Shown here one piece after another: positions 1-11,468 of a DNA stretch of 64,000 nucleotides; position 1 is the stretch's first letter; every line of letters starts with the position of its first letter. Position numbers and translations under genes: made by a program. The notes under the pieces were generated by a model. It made no database searches, was not told the origin of the DNA, and was given only the letters and a program-made list of their open reading frames with translations. The stretch is from Eledone cirrhosa (taxonomy: Eukaryota): contig OZ024753.1 in assembly GCA_964016885.1 (NCBI GenBank), positions 22,320,001-22,384,000 of the forward strand. Direction: 5' to 3'.

Positions 1-64
1 CGGGGAAGGTTGTATTTGTGACCAGCCGTCACCCATATCCGAGGCCCAAGGCCGGGGAAGGTTG

Positions 65-89
65 TATTTGTGACCAGCAGTCACCCATA
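65..89. other. Internal dyad in the monomer (example copy): perfect GTGAC-CAGCA-GTCAC (70-84), extendable imperfectly to TATTTGTGAC...GTCACCCATA
   Basis: GTGAC and GTCAC are exact reverse complements around a 5-nt loop. The flanks add TAT/ATA pairing after a 2-nt mismatch. The dyad recurs every 52 bp and contains an AhdI-type GAC-N5-GTC site. Confidence 0.9.
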
Positions 90-3000
90 TCCGAGGCCCA
101 AGTCCGGGGAAGGTTGTATTTGTGACCAGCAGTCACCCATATCCGAGGCCCAAGTCCGGGGAAGGTTGTATTTGTGACCAGCAGTCACCCATATCTGAGG
201 CCCAAGTCCGGGGAAGGTTGTATTTGTGACCAGCAGTCACCCATATCCGAGGTTCAAGTCCAGGGAAGGTTGTATTTGTGACCAGCAGTCACCCATATCC
301 GAGGTTCAAGTCCGGGGAAGGTTGTATTTGTGACCAGCAGTCACCCATATCCGAGGCCCAAGTCCGGGGAAGGTTGTATTTGTGACCAGCAGTCACGCAT
401 ATCCGAGGCCCAAGTCCGGGGAAGGTTGTATTTGTGACCAGCAGTCACCCATATCCGAGGCCCAAGTCCGGGGAAGGTTGTATTTGTGACCAGCAGTCAC
501 CCATATCCGAGGTTCAAGTCCGGGGAAGGTTGTATTTTTGACCAGCAGTCACCCATATCCGAGATTCAAGTCCGGGGAAGGTTGTATTTGTGACCTGCAG
601 TCACCCATATCCGAGGTTCAAGTCCGGGGAAGGTTGTATTTGTGACCAGCAGTCACCCATATCCGAGGCCCAAGGCCGGGAAGGTTGTATTTGTGACCAG
701 CAGTCACCCATATCCGAGATTCAAGTCTGGGGAAGGTTGTATTTGTGACCAGCAGTCACCCATATCCGAGGTTCAAGTCCAGGGAAGGTTGTATTTGTGA
801 CCAGCAGTCACCCATATCCGAGGTTCAAGTCCGGGGAAGGTTGTATTTGTGACCAGCAGTCACCCACATCCGAGATTCAAGTCCGGGGAAGGTTGTATTT
901 GTGACCAGCAGTCACCCATATCCGAGGTTCAAGTCCGGGGAAGGTTGTATTTGTGACCAGCAGTCACCCATATCCGAGGCCCAAGGCCGGGAAGGTTGTA
1001 TTTGTGACCAGCAGTCACCCATATCAGAGATTCAAGTCCGGGGAAGGTTGTATTTGTGACCAGCAGTCACCCATATCCGAGGTTCAAGTCCAGGGAAGGT
1101 TGTATTTGTGACCAGCAGTCACCCATATCAGAGGCCCAAGTCCGGGGAAGGTTGAATTTGTGACCAGCAGTCACCCATATCCGAGGCCCAAGTCCGGGGA
1201 AGGTTGCATTTGTGACCAGCAGTCACCCATATCCGAGGTTCAAGTCCGGGGAAGGTTGTATTTGTGACCAGCAATCACCCATATCCGAGGCCCAAGGCCG
1301 GGAAGGTTGTATTTGTTACCAGCAGTCACCCATATCCGAGGTTCAAGTCCGGGGAAGGTTGTATTTGTGACCAGCAGTCACCCATATCCGAGGCCCAAGG
1401 CCGGGAAGGTTGTATTTGTGACCAGCAGTCACCCATATCCGAGGCCCAAGGCCGGGAAGGTTGTATTTGTGACCAGCAGTCACCCATATCAGAGATTCAA
1501 GTCCGGGGAAGGTTGTATTTGTGACCAGCAGTCACCCATATCCGAGGTTCAAGTCCAGGGAAGGTTGTATTTGTTACCAGCAGTCACCCATATCCGAGGT
1601 TCAAGTCCGGGGAAGGTTGTATTTGTGACCAGCAGTCACCCATATCCGAGGCCCAAGTCCGGGGAAGGTTGTATTTGTGACCAGCAGTCACCCATATCCG
1701 AGGTTCAAGTCCGGGGCAGGTTGTATTTGTGACCAGCAGTCACCCATATCCGAAGCCCAAGTCCGGGGAAGGTTGTATTTGTGACCAGCCGTCACCCATA
1801 TCCGAGGCCCAAGGCCGGGGAAGGTTGTATTTGTGACCAGCAGTCACCCATATCCGAGGCCCAAGTCCGGGGAAGGTTGTATTTGTGACCAGCATTCACC
1901 CATATCCGAGGCCCAAGTCCGGGGAAGGTTGTATTTGTGACCAGCAGTCACCCATATCTGAGGCCCAAGTCCGGGGAAGGTTGTATTTGTGACCAGCAGT
2001 CACCCATATCCGAGGTTCAAGTCCAGGGAAGGTTGTATTTGTGACCAGCAGTCACACATATCCGAGGTTCAAGTCCGGGGAAGGTTGTATTTGTGACCAG
2101 CAGTCACCCATATCCGAGGCCCAAGTCCGGGGAAGGTTGTATTTGTGACCAGCAGTCACGCATATCCGAGGCCCAAGTCCGGGGAAGGTTGTATTTGTGA
2201 CCAGCAGTCACCCATATCCGAGGCCCAAGTCCGGGGAAGGTTGTATTTGTGACCAGCAGTCACCCATATCCGAGGTTCAAGTCCGGGGAAGGTTGTATTT
2301 GTGACCAGCAGTCACCCATATCCGAGATTCAAGTTCGGGGAAGGTTGTATTTGTGACCTGCAGTCACCCATATCCGAGGTTCAAGTCCGGGGAAGGTTGT
2401 ATTTGTGACCAGCAGTCACCCATATCCGAGGCCCAAGGCCGGGAAGGTTGTATTTGTGACCAGCAGTCACCCATATCCGAGATTCAAGTCTGGGGAAGGT
2501 TGTATTTGTGACCAGCAGTCACCCATATCCGAGGCCCAAGGCCGGGAAGGTTGTATTTGTTACCAGCAGTCACCCATATCCGAGGTTCAAGTCCGGGGAA
2601 GGTTGTATTTGTGACCAGCAGTCAACCATATCCGAGGCCCAAGGCCGGGAAGGTTGTATTTGTGACCAGCAGTCACCCATATCCGAGGCCCAAGGCCGGG
2701 AAGGTTGTATTTGTGACCAGCAGTCACTCATATCAGAGATTCAAGTCCGGGGAAGGTTGTATTTGTGACCAGCAGTCACCCATATCCGAGGTTCAAGTCC
2801 AGGGAAGGTTGTATTTGTGACCAGCAGTCACCCATATCCGAGATTCAAGTCCAGGGAAGGTTGTATTTGTGACCAGCAGTCACCCATATCCGAGTTTCAA
2901 GTCCGGGGAAGGTTGTATTTGTGACCAGCAGTCACCCATATCCGAAGCCCAAGTCCGGGGATGTTGTATTTGTGACCAGCAGTCACCCATATCCGAGGTT

Positions 3001-6000
3001 CAAGTCCAGGGAAGGTTGTATATGTGACCAGCAGTCACCCATATCCGAGGCCCAAGGCCGGGAAGGTTGTATTTGTGACCAGCAGTCACCCATATCCGAG
3101 ATTCAAGTCTGGGGAAGGTTGAATTTGTGACCAGCAGTCACCCATATCCGAGGTTCAAGTCCAGGGAAGGTTGTATTTGTGACCAGTAGTCACCCATTTC
3201 CGAGGCCCAAGTCTGGGGAAGGTTGTATTTGTGACCTGCAGTCACCCATATCCGAGGCCCAAGTCCGGGGAAGGTTGTATTTGTGACCAGCAGTCACCCA
3301 TATCCGAGGTTCAAGTCCGGGGCAGGTTGTATTTGTGACCAGCAGTCACCCATATCCGAAGCCCAAGTCCGGGGAAGGTTGTATTTGTGACCAGCAGTCA
3401 CCCATATCCGAGGCCCAAGGCCGGGGAAGGTTGTATTTGTGACCAGCAGTCACCCATATCCGAGGCCCAAGTCCGGGGAAGGTTGTATTTGTGACCAGCA
3501 GTCACCCATATCCGAGGCCAAAGTCCGGGGAAGGTTGTATTTGTGACCAGCAGTCACCCATATCCGAGGCCCAAGTCCGGGGAAGGTTGTATTTGTGACC
3601 AGCAGTCACCCATATCCGAGGTTCAAGTCCAGAGAAGGTTGTATTTGTGACCAGCAGTCACCCATATCCGAGGTTCAAGTCCGGGGAAGGTTGTATTTGT
3701 GACCAGCAGTCACCCATATCCGAGGCCCAAGTCCGGGGAAGGTTGTATTTGTGACCAGCAGTCACGCATATCCGAGGCCCAAGTCCGGGGAAGGTTGTAT
3801 TTGTGACCAGCAGTCACCCATATCCGAGGCCCAAGTCCGGGGAAGGTTGTATTTGTGACCAGCAGTCACCCATATCCGAGGCCAAAGTCTGGGGAAGGTT
3901 GTATTTGTGACCAGCAGTCACCCATATCCGAGGTTCAAGTCCAGGGAAGGTTGTATTTGTGACCAGCAGTCACCCATATCCGAGGTTCAAGTCCGGGGAA
4001 GGTTGTATTTGTGACCAGCAGTCACCCATATCCGAGATTCAAGTCCGGGGAAGGTTGTATTTGTGACCAGCAGTCACCCATATCCGAGGTTCAAGTCCGG
4101 GGAATGTTGTATTTGTGACCAGCAGTCACCCATATCCGAGGCCCAAGTCCGGGGAAGGTTGTATTTGTGACCAGCAGTCACCCATATCCGAGGTTCAAGT
4201 CCGGGCCAGGTTGTATTTGTGACCAGCAGTCACCCATATCCGAAGCCCAAGTCCGGGGAAGGTTGTATTTGTGACCAGCAGTCACCCATATCCGAGGCCC
4301 AAGGCCGGGGAAGGTTGTATTTGTGACCAGCAGTCACCCATATCCGAGGCCCAAGTCCGGGGAAGGTTGTATTTGTGACCAGCAGTCACCCATATCCGAG
4401 GCCCAAGTCCGGGGAAGGTTGTATTTGTGACCAGCAGTCACCCATATCCGAGGCCCAAGTCCGGGGAAGGTTGTATTTGTGACCAGCAGTCACCCATATC
4501 CGAGGTTCAAGTCCAGGGAAGGTTGTATTTGTGACCAGCAGTCACCCATATCCGAGGTTCAAGTCCGGGGAAGGTTGTATTTGTGACCAGCAGTCACCCA
4601 TATCCGAGGCCCAAGTCCGGGGAAGGTTGTATTTGTGACCAGCAGTCACGCATATCCGAGGCCCAAGTCCGGTGAAGGTTGTATTTGTGACCAGCAGTCA
4701 CCCATATCCGAGGCCCAAGTCCGGGGAAGGTTGTATTTGTGACCAGCAGTCACCCATATCCGAGGTTCAAGTCCGGGGAAGGTTGTATTTGTGACCAGCA
4801 GTCACCCATATCCGAGATTCAAGTCCGGGGAAGGTTGTATTTGTGACCTGCAGTCACCCATATACGAGGTTCAAGTCCGGGGAAGGTTGTATTTGTGACC
4901 AGCAGTCACCCATATCCGAGGCCCAAGGCCGGGAAGGTTGTATTTGTGACCAGCAGTCACCCATATCCGAGATTCAAGTCTGGGGAAGGTTGTATTTGTG
5001 ACCAGCAGTCACCCATATCCGAGGTTCAAGTCCAGGGAAGGTTGTATTTGTGACCAGCAGTCACCCATATCCGAGGTTCAAGTCCGGGGAAGGTTGTATT
5101 TGTGACCAGCAGTCACCCATATCCGAGGCCCAAGGCCGGGAAGGTTGTATTTGTGACCAGCAGTCACCCATATCCGAGATTCAAGTCCGGGGAAGGTTGT
5201 ATTTGTGACCAGCAGTCACCCATATCCGAGGTTCAAGTCCAGGGAAGGTTGTATTTGTGACCAGCAGTCACCCATATCAGAGGCCCAAGTCCGGGGAAGG
5301 TTGTATTTGTGACCAGCAGTCACCCATATCCGAGGCCCAAGTCCGGGGAAGGTTGTATTTGTGACCAGCAGTCACCCATATCCGAGGTTCAAGTCCGGGG
5401 AAGGTTGTATTTGTGACCAGCAGTCACCCATATCCGAGGCCCAAGGCCGGGAAGGTTGTATTTGTTACCAGCAGTCACCCATATCCGAGATTCAAGTCCG
5501 GGGAAGGTTGTATTTGTGACCAGCAGTCACCCATATCCGAGGCCCAAGGTCGGGAAGGTTGTCTTTGTGACCAGCAGTCACCCATATCAGAGATTCAAGT
5601 CCGGGGAAGGTTGTATTTGTGACCAGCAGTCACCCATATCCGAGGTTCAAGTCCGGGGAAGGTTGTATTTGTGACCAGCAGTCACCCATATCCGAGGCCC
5701 AAGGCCGGGAAGGTTGTATTTGTGACCAGCTGTCACCCATATCCGAGATTCAAGTCCGGGGAAGGTTGTATTTGTGACCAGCAGTCACCCATATCCGAGG
5801 TTCAAGTCCAGGGAAGGTTGTATTTGTGACCAGCAGTCCCCCATATCCGAGGCCCAAGTCCGGGGAAGGTTGTATTTGTGACCAGCAGTCACCCATATCC
5901 GAGGCCCAAGTCCGGGGAAGGTTGCATTTGTGACCAGCAGTCACCCATATCCGAGGTTCAAGTCCGGGGAAGGTTGTATTTGTGACCAGCAGTCACCCAT

Positions 6001-9000
6001 ATCCGAGGCCCAAGGCCGGGAAGGTTGTATTTGTTACCAGCAGTCACCCATATCCGAGGTTCAAGTCCGGGGAAGGTTGTATTTGTGACCAGCAGTCACC
6101 CATATCCGAGGCCCAAGGCCGGGAAGGTTGTATTTGTGACCAGCAGTCACCCATATCCGAGGCCCAAGGCCGGGAAGGTTGTATTTGTGACCAGCAGTCA
6201 CCCATATCAGAGATTCAAGTCCGGGGAAGGTTGTATTTGTGACCAGCAGTCACCCATATCCGAGGTTCAAGTCCAGGGAAGGTTGTATTTGTGACCAGCA
6301 GTCACCCATATCCGAGGTTCAAGTCCGGGGAATCTTGTATTTGTGACCAGCAGTCACCCATATCCGAGGCCCAAGGCCGGGGAAGGTTGTATTTGTGACC
6401 AGCAGTCACCCATATCAGAGATTCAAGTCCGGGGAAGGTTGTATTTGTGACCAGCAGTCACCCATATCCGAGGTTCAAGTCCAGGGAAGGTTGTATTTGT
6501 GACCAGCAGTCACCCATATCCGAAGCCCAAGTCCGGGGAAGGTTGTATTTGTGACCAGCCGTCACCCATATCCGAGGCCCAATTCCGGGGAAGGTTGTAT
6601 TTGTGACCAGCAGTCACCCATATCCGAGGTTCAAGTCCGGGGAAGGTTGTATTTGTGACCAGCAGTCACCCATATCCGAGGCCCAAGGCCGGGAAGGTTG
6701 TATTTGTGACCAGCAGTCACCCATATCCGAGGCCCAAGGCCGGGAAGGTTGTATTTGTGACCAGCAGTCACCCATATCAGAGATTCAAGTCCGGGGAAGG
6801 TTGTATTTGTGACCAGCAGTCACCCATATCCGAGGTTCAAGTCCAGGGAAGGTTGTATTTGTGACCAGCAGTCACCCATATCCGAGATTCAAGTCCGGGG
6901 AAGGTTGTATTTGTGACCAGCAGTCACCCATATCCGAGGCCCAAGGCCGGGAAGGTTGTATTTGTGACCAGCAGTCACCCATATCAGAGATTCAAGTCCG
7001 GGGAAGGTTGTATTTGTGACCAGCAGTCACCCATATCCGAGATTCAAGTCTGGGGAAGGTTGTATTTGTGACCAGCAGTCACCCATATCCGAGGTTCAAG
7101 TCCAGGGAAGGTTGTATTTGTGACCAGCAGTCACCCATATCCGAGGTTCAAGTCCGGGGAAGGTTGTATTTGTGACCATCAGTCACCCACATCCGAGATT
7201 CAAGTCCGGGGAAGGTTGTATTTGTGACCAGCAGTCACCCATATCCGAGGTTCAAGTCCGGGGAAGGTTGTATTTGTGACCAGCAGTCACCCATATCCGA
7301 GGCCCAAGGCCGGGAAGGTTGTATTTGTGACCAGCAGTCACCCATATCAGAGATTCAAGTCCGGGGAAGGTTGTATTTGTGACCAGCAGTCACCCATATC
7401 CGAGGTTCAAGTCCAGGGAAGGTTGTATTTGTGACCAGCAGTCACCCATATCCGAGGTTCAAGTCCGGGGAATGTTGTATTTGTGACCAGCAGTCACCCA
7501 TATCCGAGGCCCAAGTCCGGGGAAGGTTGTATTTGTGACCAGCAGTCACCCATATCCGAGGTTCAAGTCCGGGGCAGGTTGTATTTGTGACCAGCAGTCA
7601 CCCATATCCGAAGCCCAAGTCCGGGGAAGGTTGTATTTGTGACCAGCAGTCACCCATATCCGAGGCCCAAGGCCGGGGAAGGTTGTATTTGTGACCAGCA
7701 GTCACCCATATCCGAGGCCCAAGTCCGGGGAAGGTTGTATTTGTGACCAGCAGTCACCCATATCCGAGGCCCAAGTCCGGGGAAGGTTGTATTTGTGACC
7801 AGCAGTCACCCATATCCGAGGCCCAAGTCCGGGGAAGGTTGTATTTGTGACCAGCAGTCACCCATATCCGAGGTTCAAGTCCAGGGAAGGTTGTATTTGT
7901 GACCAGCAGTCACCCATATCCGAGGTTCAAGTCCGGGGAAGGTTGTATTTGTGACCAGCAGTCACCCATATCCGAGGCCCAAGTCCGGGGAAGGTTGTAT
8001 TTGTGACCAGCAGTCACGCATATCCGAGGCCCAAGTCCGGTGAAGGTTGTATTTGTGACCAGCAGTCACCCATATCCGAGGCCCAAGTCCGGGGAAGGTT
8101 GTATTTGTGACCAGCAGTCACCCATATCCGAGGTTCAAGTCCGGGGAAGGTTGTATTTGTGACCAGCAGTCACCCATATCCGAGGCCCAAGTCCGGGGAA
8201 GGTTGTATTTGTGACCAGCAGTCACCCATATCCGAGATTCAAGTCCGGGGAAGGTTGTATTTGTGACCTGCAGTCACCCATATCCGAGGTTCAAGTCCGG
8301 GGAAGGTTGTATTTGTGACCAGCAGTCACCCATATCCGAGGCCCAAGGCCGGGAAGGTTGTATTTGTGACCAGCAGTCACCCATATCCGAGATTCAAGTC
8401 TGGGGAAGGTTGTATTTGTGACCAGCAGTCACCCATATCCGAGGTTCAAGTCCAGGGAAGGTTGTATTTGTGACCAGCAGTCACCCATATCCGAGGTTCA
8501 TGTCCGGGAAGGTTGTATTTGTGACCAGCAGTCACCCATATCCGAGATTCAAGTCCGGGGAAGGTTGTATTTGTGACCAGCAGTCACCCATATCCGAGGT
8601 TCAAGTCCGGGGAAGGTTGTATTTGTGACCAGCAGTCACCCATATCCGAGGCCCAAGGCCGGGAAGGTTGTATTTGTGACCAGCAGTCACCCATATCCGA
8701 GATTCAAGTCCGGGGAAGGTTGTATTTGTGACCAGCAGTCACCCATATCCGAGGTTCAAGTCCAGGGAAGGTTGTATTTGTGACCAGCAGTCACCCATAT
8801 CAGAGGCCCAAGTCCGGGGAAGGTTGTATTTGTGACCAGCAGTCACCCATATCCGAGGCCCAAGTCCGGGGAAGGTTGTATTTGTGACCAGCAGTCACCC
8901 ATATCCGAGGCCCAAGTCCGGGGAAGGTTGTATTTGTGACCAGCAGTCACCCATATCCGAGGTTCAAGTCCGGGGAAGGTTGTATTTGTGACCAGCAGTC

Positions 9001-9007
9001 ACCCATA

Positions 9008-10670
9008 CCCGAGGTTCAAGTCTGGGGAAGGTTGTATTTGTGACCAGCAGTCACCCATATCCGAGGCCCAAGTCCGGGGAAGGTTGTATTGGTGACCTGC
9101 AGTCACTCATATCCGAGGCCCAAGTCCGGGGAAGGTTGTATTTGTGACCAGCAGTCACCCATATCCGAGGTTCAAGTCCTGGGAAGGTTGTATTTGTGAC
9201 CAGCAGTCACCCATATCCGAAGCCCAAGTCCGGGGAAGGTTGTATTTGTGACCAGCAGTCACCCATATCCGAGGCCCAAGGCCGGGGAAGATTGTATTTG
9301 TGACCAGCAGTCACCCATATCCGAGGCCCAAGTCCGGGGAAAGGTTGTATTTGTGACCAGCAGTCACCCATATCCGAGGTTCAAGTCCGGGGCAGGTTGT
9401 ATTTGTGACCAGCAGTCACCCATATCCGAGGCCCAAGTCCGGGGAAGGTTGTATTTGTGACCAGCAGTCACCCATATCCGAGGCCCAAGTCCGGGGAAGG
9501 TTGTATTTGTGACCAGCAGTCACCCATATCCGAGGCCCAAGTCCGGGGAAGGTTGTATTTGTGACCAGCAGTCACCCATATCCGAGGCCCAAGTCCGGGG
9601 AAGGTTGTATTTGTGACCAGCAGTCACCCATATCCGAGGTTCAAGTCCAGGGAAGGTTGTATTTGTGACCAGCAGTCACCCATATCCGAGGTTCAAGTCC
9701 GGGGAAGGTTGTATTTGTGACCAGCAGTCACCCATATCCGAGGCCCAAGTCCGGGGAAGGTTGTATTTGTGACCAGCAGTCACGCATATCCGAGGCCCAA
9801 GTCCGGGGAAGGTTGTATTTGTGACCAGCAGTCACCCATATCCGAGGCCCAAGTCCGGGGAAGGTTGTATTTGTGACCAGCAGTCACCCATATCCGAGGT
9901 TCAAGTCCGTGGAAGGTTGTATTTGTGACCAGCAGTCACCCATATCCGAGATTCAAGTCCGGGGAAGGTTGTATTTGTGACCTGCAGTCACCCATATCCG
10001 AGGTTCAAGTCCGGGGAAGGTTGTATTTGTGACCAGCAGTCACCCATATCCGAGGCCCAAGGCCGGGAAGGTTGTATTTGTGACCAGCAGTCACCCATAT
10101 CCGAGATTCAAGTCTGGGGAAGGTTGTATTTGTGACCAGCAGTCACCCATATCCGAGGTTCAAGTCCAGGGAAGGTTGTATTTGTGACCAGCAGTCACCC
10201 ATATCCGAGGTTCAAGTCCGGGGAAGGTTGTATTTGTGACCAGCAGTCACCCATATCCGAGATTCAAGTCCGGGGAAGGTTGTATTTGTGACCAGCAGTC
10301 ACCCATATCCGAGGTTCAAGTCCGGGGAAGGTTGTATTTGTGACCAGCAGTCACCCATATCCGAGGCCCAAGGCCGGGAAGGTTGTATTTGTGACCAGCT
10401 GTCACCCATATCCGAGATTCAAGTCCGGGGAAGGTTGTATTTGTGACCAGCAGTCACCCATATCCGAGGTTCAAGTCCAGGGAAGGTTGTATTTGTGACC
10501 AGCAGTCACCCGTATCCGAGGCCCAAGTCCGGGGAAGGTTGTATTTGTGACCAGCAGTCACCCATATCCGAGGCCCAAGTCCGGGGAAGGTTGTATTTGT
10601 GACCAGCAGTCACCCATATCCGAGGTTCAAGTCCGGGGAAGGTTGTATTTGTGACCAGCAGTCACCCATA
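9008..10670 (+). repeat. 1,663-bp (32-monomer) block present in copy 1 and absent from copy 3
   Basis: The offset to copy 3 drops from 44,400 to 42,737. The block is bounded by the rare CCCATACCC variant at 9008 and 10671, and copy 3 has a single such variant at 53408. Confidence 0.8.
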
Positions 10671-11468
10671 CCCGAGGCCCAAGGCCGGGAAGGTTGTATT
10701 TGTTACCAGCAGTCACCCATATCCGAGATTCAAGTCCGGGGAAGGTTGTATTTGTGACCAGCAGTCACCCATATCCGAGGCCCAAGGCCGGGAAGGTTGT
10801 ATTTGTGACCAGCAGTCACCCATATCAGAGATTCAAGTCCGGGGAAGGTTGTATTTGTGACCAGCAGTCACCCATATCCGAGGTTCAAGTCCAGGGAAGG
10901 TTATATTTGTGACCAGCAGTAACCCATATCCGAGATTCAGTCCAGGGAAGGTTGTATTTGTGACCAGCAGTCACCCATATCCGAGGTTCAAGTCCGGGGA
11001 AGGTTGTATTTGTGACCAGCAGTCACCCATATTCGAAGCCCAAGTCCGGGGATGTTGTATTTGTGACCAGCAGTCACCCATATCCGAGGTTCAAGTCCAG
11101 GGAGGGTTGTATTTGTGACCAGCATTCACCCATATCCGAGGCCCAAGGCCGGGAAGGTTGTATTTGTGACCAGCAGTCACCCATATCCGAGATTCAAGTC
11201 TGGGGAAGGTTGTATTTGTGACCAGCAGTCACCCATATCCGAAGTTCAAGTCCAGGGAAGGTTGTATTTGTGACCAGTAGTCACCCATATCCGAGGCCCA
11301 AGTCTGGGGAAGGTTGTATTTGTGACCTGCAGTCACCCATATCCGAGGCCCAAGTCCGGGGAAGGTTGTATTTGTGACCAGCAGTCACCCATATCCGAGG
11401 TTCAAGTCCGGGGCAGGTTGTATTTGTGACCAGCAGTCACCCATATCCGAAGCCTAAGTCCGGGGAAG

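Noticed and set aside
43-61. G-quadruplex motif GGCCCAAGGCCGGGGAAGG
   Set aside because: Only two-tier GG runs are present, mainly in the AAGGCC subtype, and they compete with adjacent C runs. There is no canonical four-run G3 motif within short loops.
69-85. CRP/FNR-like site or nuclear-receptor response element
   Set aside because: TGTGA and TCAC are separated by 7 nt rather than the 6 required for CRP. The TGACC/AGTCA half-sites are everted and imperfect relative to an oestrogen response element. There is no gene context.
54-105. Hammerhead-ribozyme satellite (as in newt satellite 2 or Schistosoma Sm-alpha)
   Set aside because: The consensus has no CTGANGA and GAAA core on either strand.
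54-105. Functional 5S rRNA or tRNA gene array
   Set aside because: The unit is too short (52 bp), lacks the 5' half and box A of 5S, and shows no cloverleaf. Only a partial resemblance remains, which is reported as a hypothesis under findings.
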